Of a DNA stretch of 64,000 nt, positions 57,332-64,000 are shown in pieces (position 1 is the first letter of the stretch; each line of letters begins with the position of its first letter). The notes under the pieces were generated by a model. The model worked only from the letters and a program-made list of their open reading frames with translations. It ran no database searches and was not told the DNA's origin. The DNA comes from Eledone cirrhosa (lineage: Eukaryota): positions 187,426,001-187,490,000 of the forward strand of contig OZ024742.1 in NCBI GenBank assembly GCA_964016885.1. Reading direction: 5' to 3'. A program made the translations under genes and the position numbers.

Positions 57332-58171
57332 ATTATTACCCGTCTCACATGACAGTTGATATTTGGAAAATAACAGACGATAAATACGTTTCTATATTTC
57401 AATACTAAATGGAGTTGTGTGTACGATTTTACTTGCAAAAATGTTAAGCACACCGGTACATGACTGGTACTTTATTCTATCGACGCCGTAAGGATGAAAG
57501 GCAAAGTTAACCTCGGCGGGATTTGAACTCTGATCATAAAGGGCTGTAATTCTATGCTGTAAAGCATGGCGTCCGACGCTATACCGATTCTGCCAATCCA
57601 CCGCCCCACTTCTCTTATTAATAATGGTTTCTTATATAGGCACATGGCCAACAACTTAAGAAGATCTCTTCACAATCAAAATGTCCCAGGTTTTCTCTCA
57701 CTGAGTGACATCTTAGTCAAAACCAACCTCGAAAGCCGTCGTAAGTCTTTGGAGTGAAATTAAATAGATGGAAACTGTTTTAAAGCACCGAAGAGTAGAT
57801 ATAATTAAATGAGTCAGCCTTATCACATATTGTGGTATGTTGAATTTTACTGAGAATTAAGTTAAGGGTACAAATAAAATTGAGTCACACTATAATACAA
57901 AATGAATTCTACTTGCAAGTCAAAGGGCAAGTTATATCGCATAATGTATTACCCCGAGTCTCACTAAGAATTGTCTTGCGGTTACACCTGTCTATAACAT
58001 GCCAAGTAACTTGCAAATTAATTTTATGAGCAGCATTCTTTAATGATTTTACAAATGGAGCACTCATCATCGAAACAGATGGAGTCCCATTTAATTCCGT
58101 TCCATTCCAGACAAATTCTCAGACAAACTTCTATTCCACTATATTGAAAATAATCGTCGTTTAAATCTGTT

Positions 58172-58206
<35 letters not shown>

Positions 58207-58296
58207 CGTATATATATATATATATACCCATCCGTCCATTTATCTATCTGTCTATTCGCCTGTTTGTCTCTCCCCTCTCCCCCTCTCTATCTCTCT

Positions 58297-58379
<83 letters not shown>

Positions 58380-58481
58380 AAATGATAGATAAAGAGAGTG
58401 GTAAATAGATAAAGAGATAGATTGATATTGGAGAGATTTAAATGATCATAACTTTCAGTATAGTAGAAGTATATGTATATG

Positions 58482-58545
<64 letters not shown>

Positions 58546-59963
58546 CTGTGTGTCTGGGTGTCTTTGTGTATGTGTGTTTATACTTCTATGTGTATGCATT
58601 TATACAATGATAAACTGGAATAAAGCATTAGTTTCCCTCATTAGCAAATACTGAAGTAAAGAATAATGACATGGTATGTTCTGCTTCTGGTTTATTTCGT
58701 GTAATGAATGGACATTTTTGCACTGAAGTATAACTTTTTCCTAAGTTATATTGGCTAAATTAACCAAGCTGTGAAAATATTCTTTATTAAATGAACGTCG
58801 CTAACTGTAAACTATTGATAGAGATGTACACAGTGTAACTAGCTAAATACACACTCACTAACTCACATTCACTTACACACTTATATGCACAAACACACAC
58901 TGCCACATACACATAAACACACACATACACACACACACACATACACATACACACACACACACACATTCATATATATATACAGAGAAACTGTGTGTGAGAG
59001 AGTGAGTGTGGCATGTACAGACAGAGGTACTCACACAAAGCTGCACACAGCCACATACATATATATATACATAAATACACTCACAGAAACTCACACATAG
59101 ACACGCACAATTATACACACACATACACATAAACACACCCATACACACAAATACTCATATATATAGACAAACTGTGTGTGAGTGTGTACAGACAGACACT
59201 CGCACAAAGATACACACAAACATCTACACAGACACACATAGACATACACATATATACAGATATACACTCACAGATACTCATACACACATATACATACGTA
59301 TAGACTCATACAAAAGACGGGGGACACAAATAGACTTACACACAGCCGTATACATTCATACAAACACACATATATATACATGCATACAAACACACGCAAA
59401 GCCACAGACATATGCATACATACAAACACAAGCAAACACACAAAGGCATATTCATACATAAAAACACGCAATGAGATACACATACAAAACATATACATAC
59501 ATACAATCACAGGCAAACGCACAAAACATATACATACATACAAACACAGGCAAACACACATAACATATACATACAAACACACAAAACATATACCTATATA
59601 CAAACACACAATGAAATAGACATACAAACCCATCAAACACACAAAACATATACCTATATACAAACACACGCAAAACACACCACAAAGTTAACACAACTAC
59701 AATTAAGCTACAATAAGCTTTAAAAAATCCCAGCGTGGGAAACAAATAACAAAAACCAGACTACGATTTTTAGCGATCCCCTATAAAAAAGGGGAGATAA
59801 TTTTATGGAATAAAGAAATAAATTTATTCAGAAATTTCACATGATATGGAGAGATCATACGAGCACATACCGCCCTCCACACATACATAATTATATATAT
59901 ATATATATATATATGTATATAGCAATATTGCATGCCCATTTATGTATCTATGTATGTATATAA

Positions 59964-60027
<64 letters not shown>

Positions 60028-60036
<9 letters not shown>

Positions 60037-60442
60037 TTAACGGAAAAGAAAATGCTGACAAATTGTTCACAGTGAAAAATAGTTTAATTAGGAATAAGTG
60101 AAAATTAGTAATAGTATTGGTTAGTATTCAGTTTTGGTTTTAAGTTTTACCGGTTGCGCATTTCTAATGCTTTTCAAAAATAATTTTGAGATAGAGCGCT
60201 CGTGATGTTTGCTCTAATGATTAGAGCAAACATCACGGACGCTCTATCTCAAAATTATTTTTGAAAAGCATTAGAAATGCGCAACCGGTAAAACTTAAAA
60301 CCAAAACTGAATACTAACCAATACTATTACTAATTTTCACTTATTCCTAATTAAACTATTTTTCACTGTGAACAATTTGTCAGCATTTTCTTTTCCGTTT
60401 ACCAATATATCATAACTCTTGAGTTACACCTCTATTCTTTTA

Positions 60443-60447
<5 letters not shown>
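60028..60447 (+). mobile_element. Fold-back element (arms 60028-60218/60220-60410, 1-nt loop; tail 60411-60447)
   Basis: ~190-bp nearly perfect arms, TA flanks; hammerhead-like TTT-TTGAAAA-GCAT(TAGAA)ATGC-GCAAC-CG-GTA-AAA at 60258-60293. Confidence 0.85.
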
Positions 60448-60483
<36 letters not shown>

Positions 60484-60491
<8 letters not shown>

Positions 60492-60711
60492 TAAAATAAC
60501 AGATTCAAGTTTAAGCAAAGAATCGCTGCTTTCACCCTTGACGGGATATTCTGAGTTTCAGAAGATCCCGTTAAGGGTGAAAGCAGCGATTCTTTGCTTA
60601 AACTTTAATCTGTTATTTTAATAAATATTTGCGCTACGGTTCTTATATATTTGATATATATTTATCCTTATTGAGCTATCTTTGGATTTTAGTCTTCAAA
60701 TTTATTATTAT

Positions 60712-60716
<5 letters not shown>
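60484..60716 (+). mobile_element. Family D fold-back (arms 60484-60554/60558-60628; tail to 60716)
   Basis: Self-complementary arms; tail shared with 15066, 22653 and 60905. Confidence 0.85.
60554..60604 (+). ncRNA. Hammerhead-like motif with A at core position 4 (second copy 61621-61671)
   Basis: AGTTT-CAGAAGA-TCCC(GTTAA)GGGT-GAAA-GCA(GCGATTCTT)TGC-TT-AAACT. Confidence 0.5.
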
Positions 60717-60759
<43 letters not shown>

Positions 60760-60767
<8 letters not shown>

Positions 60768-60893
60768 GTAATAATATTGCCAGAATTAATAACAGTTATT
60801 AATTCTGGCAATAATATTACACAAATATGACCCTCCCCAAGTATAACAATATTTGTTTCGACACGCGATTTCATATCAAAACCTCGCAAAACT
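60760..60893 (+). mobile_element. Small fold-back (34-bp perfect arms 60760-60828) plus tail, in (TA)n
   Basis: ATATTTGTGTAATAATATTGCCAGAATTAATAAC-A-GTTATTAATTCTGGCAATAATATTACACAAATAT. Confidence 0.75.
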
Positions 60894-60904
60894 ATATATA
60901 TATA

Positions 60905-61700
60905 TAGTAATAATAATAATTGCGAAGACTAAAATCTAAAGAGGGCTCGATAAGGATAAATATATATTTATTAAAATAATAAATTAAAGTTTAAGCAAAG
61001 AATCGCTGAAACTAAAAAAAAAAAATCAATCTGTGAACGCCAAAGTAAATATTTCGAAAAACGTTGCAACCGAAGGAAAACAGGAAGACGATACTTTGGT
61101 TCGCGAAGACGTTCTCTGGCTATGAACAGAAAAAAAGCGAATATAATACGTCGTTATGTCGAGCAGTGAGAACAATTACACGCAAAGACAAAATCACGTT
61201 TATTGTATAAATGGAGTCATTAGACTAATATTCTATTTTGGAAACCACATGGTTCTCAGCTTCGGAGTTAAGAAAAATATAAAAAAGATAGTTGAACGAA
61301 AATGACAGTGGTTATTAAAATCATAAAAATAATAATTGTTCTATTTTGGTACAAGGGCAGCAATTATTTCACTGTATTACTGGTACTTTATTTTATCGAC
61401 CCCGTAAGGATGAAAGGCAAAGTTAACCACATCTAAAAACGTGGTTTTCTCTTTGCGTGTAATTGTTTTCGGCACTGCACATAACGGCGTATTATCTTCG
61501 CTGTTTCCCTTTCATTGCCAGGGAATGTCTTCACGAACCAAAGTACCGTGTTCCTGTTTTCCTTCGGCTGCAACGTTTTTTGAAATATTTACTTCTGCGT
61601 TCACAGATTGATTTTTTTTTAGTTTCAGAAGATCCTGTTAAGAGTGAAAGCAGCGATTCTTTGCTTAAACTTTAATCTGTTATTTAAATATTTTAATAAA
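60905..61700 (-). mobile_element. Older, larger family D fold-back (arms ~60965-61188/61451-61690) with a SINE fragment (61330-61428) in the spacer
   Basis: Diverged inverted arms; the left arm lacks the hammerhead core segment. Confidence 0.75.
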
Positions 61701-61703
61701 TAA

Positions 61704-61755
<52 letters not shown>

Positions 61756-62034
61756 TGAGGTTATATTTAATTTGTTGGGAACCTCAGCCGTCAAGGTTGT
61801 CTTTACGCGGGTATGTCAATATTTGTTTATAAAACATATTTATATTTTATATGATGAAAGCGCACCATAATTTGCCTTGGTTGGCCTTGAAATATACACA
61901 ATAACATAATTATGGTTTTATAAATATAGTTTCCATTTATTAATATATTGAATTATATATATATATATACAATTAGGATTTAGCTTCAGGCATAGCTGTA
62001 TACAGATATGTATAGAAATTTCGTATTTCTTAAC

Positions 62035-63447
62035 AAACACGGTATGTTTACAGGTAAACTTTTAGAAAGCCGTATCTATGCAAAAACGCACCGGGCCTAA
62101 CGTTGGTTGGTGTCCAGCAGAATCAAGCGGGGACAATCTTCGATGCATTTCGGACCGCACTGGTCCTATTGAGGACGATATCTCCCATACTTGCGACTGC
62201 TGGTCTTGGTATATATATAGTTCGGAATAACAGTAAACAAAATATAGACAAACGCAGGAGTAAATTTTTACAAATATTATTAATTTCACGCTTGGTGAGA
62301 GTGGCGGCCTGTCGTTTGCGACGTTTCGAGCAGAAGTCTTTCTTCAGAAAAGTGGGGTTGGGGGGGGGGGTCCGATAAGGAGTGAGGGAGGAGTCAGCGA
62401 GAAACATAGATTTAAAAATAAAAGGGTACCCGAAGTGGAAAATAAAAATTATAAAAAGTGAGAGGAGTGTATGGATCCGGGAGGGCACGTGTGTAGTGGT
62501 GCGTGAGTTGTAGCTGGAGGTTGAGAGGGAAAGGGGGAAAAGGAAAAATGGAGTCCGAGCTGGCATGGCGGAAGTTGAGGTATGCGTGTGTGTGTAGATG
62601 TACATGTGTGCCTGTGTGTGTATGCACGGATGTAACTGTGGGCGTCTGAGGCAGAGCGGGTGTATTTGCTTGTGGGTTTTGAAAAACCATTGCGTGTGTT
62701 GGAGTGGAGTACATGTTTATGTGTATACTCCCTGTATGGGTGTAGGCGTGTGTGTGTGTGTGTGTGTGTATGTGTGTGTGTGTGTGTGTGTCGATGGAAA
62801 ATTGTCGGATGTGGTGAGGGGAGATCGTGCGTGATCCGGAGTCGGTGTAGGATGGAAGTGTGGGTGCATGTGAAGTTGCGAACGTGTGTATGTGTGTTTG
62901 TGGGGTTAAGAGAGGAAGATGTGGATTCGTGTGAAATGTATGGTTGCGTGTGTGCGAAAATGGTGCAACTATCTGTGTGTGTCTAAGTTTCTGAATGGAT
63001 GTCGCTGTATATGTATGTGGATGGTAAAGATCCGGATGTAAAATCGCGCCGATATCCGAGTGGTGTAGGTCCTTGTGGTCGGGTCGGTATAATATGGTCA
63101 GGAGGAAGCGAAATTTTATGCGGAGTCTGCAACATGAAGTGGTCAAGATGGTCAAGTCAAAGGGGTGGGGGTAGAGGGTGGTGAAGGGGGAGATGGCAGG
63201 GCCATGTGTAAGAGGAGGGGAGGAAGTGGTTGAGCAGGCAGAACAGAGTGGTGAGTGAGAGGCAGTAGTATTGCAGTCTGTGTGGAATGAAGTAGCTGTG
63301 TAAATAGGCAGGTGTGTGTGGGTGAGGGTGGCATGTGTAAGTATGTGTGTATGCAGTTGTGTGTATGTGTGTGCTGTAGTTGTGGCGGATATGCGAGGAG
63401 GTGAGGTCGATGTGAGTGGGGGCGTATTTTGGTGTGTGGTGAGTTAG
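62035..63447 (-). mobile_element. Probable Penelope-like 3' region with a hammerhead motif at ~62315-62352
   Basis: Reverse complement CTTTT-CTGAAGA-AAGACTTCTGCTC-GAAAC-GTC; upstream strand-biased C/A-rich UTR-like sequence; TA flanks. Confidence 0.5.
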
Positions 63448-63574
63448 TGTATATATATATATATAACTTTGATATGTTTTGCCACCATATATATATATAT
63501 ATATATATATATATTGCCCCAGCCTGGCCTCAGCCGGATGGCTGAAACAGGTAAAAGAGTAAAAGAGTATATAA

Positions 63575-63985
63575 AACAACCCCCTCCACACACCACACAC
63601 ACTAATGCAAATAAAACGTAGACGATTCCAACAGACATACACACAAACAGAAAACATGAACAAAAGCACGCACAATCATTTAATGCATCTCACCCAAACA
63701 CACATACCAGCACCAGCTCCACACACCTCTCCACATATCCGACATCTTACACTCCTATTTGTCTGCCTATATCACTTATCATGTGAGCTTATAAAACTTT
63801 CTTTTTTCGATTCACTTATCCAAAACATCCAGTCTCTCTCTCCTAACTATACTCTGTACTGATAAAAGACTAACGTCCGAGACGTTGAGATGTTCTTTTT
63901 CCTTTTCCCGCACGTGTGAAACTAATACAAATTTGTGCAATGGTTCTATGTGTTTGTCTTTTTAATATCTTAAAATATATAATCA
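63575..63985 (+). mobile_element. Probable Penelope-like 3' region with a decayed hammerhead (63859-63890)
   Basis: CTGATAA-AAGAC(TAAC)GTCC-GAGAC-GTT, three substitutions from CTGATGAAGGAC..GTCCGAAACGTT. Confidence 0.45.
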
Positions 63986-64000
63986 AATAAATGAATAAAT

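Overview
AT-rich, microsatellite-saturated eukaryotic non-coding DNA (intergenic or intronic). The repeat content resembles a coleoid cephalopod such as Octopus; this is an inference. No intact host gene is supported, and almost all ORF-track entries are translated (TA)n/(CA)n/(GA)n/triplet repeats. Recognisable elements: (1) a decayed hAT DNA transposon with an 8-bp TSD (11681-14104) and a hAT MITE inside a 52-bp minisatellite; (2) fragments of CR1 RT, Tx1/L1 ORF2, a probable Tx1/L1 ORF1, an R4/Dong RLE domain and a Penelope GIY-YIG C-terminus; (3) about 20 copies of a tRNA-derived SINE with an (ATT)n tail, some in head-to-tail arrays. The most striking signal is a dense population of fold-back elements from at least 8 unrelated sequence families, mostly lodged in (TA)n tracts, with arms of about 30 to 800 bp and an unpaired tail. 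Most families carry a type I hammerhead ribozyme motif, often a core variant (U3-A8; one family A4; one copy C13) with a palindromic stem III. Within a family both outer ends are fixed while the fold-back point varies. This is best explained as microsatellite-associated Penelope-like retroelement termini. All coordinates were read by eye and may be off by a few bases.
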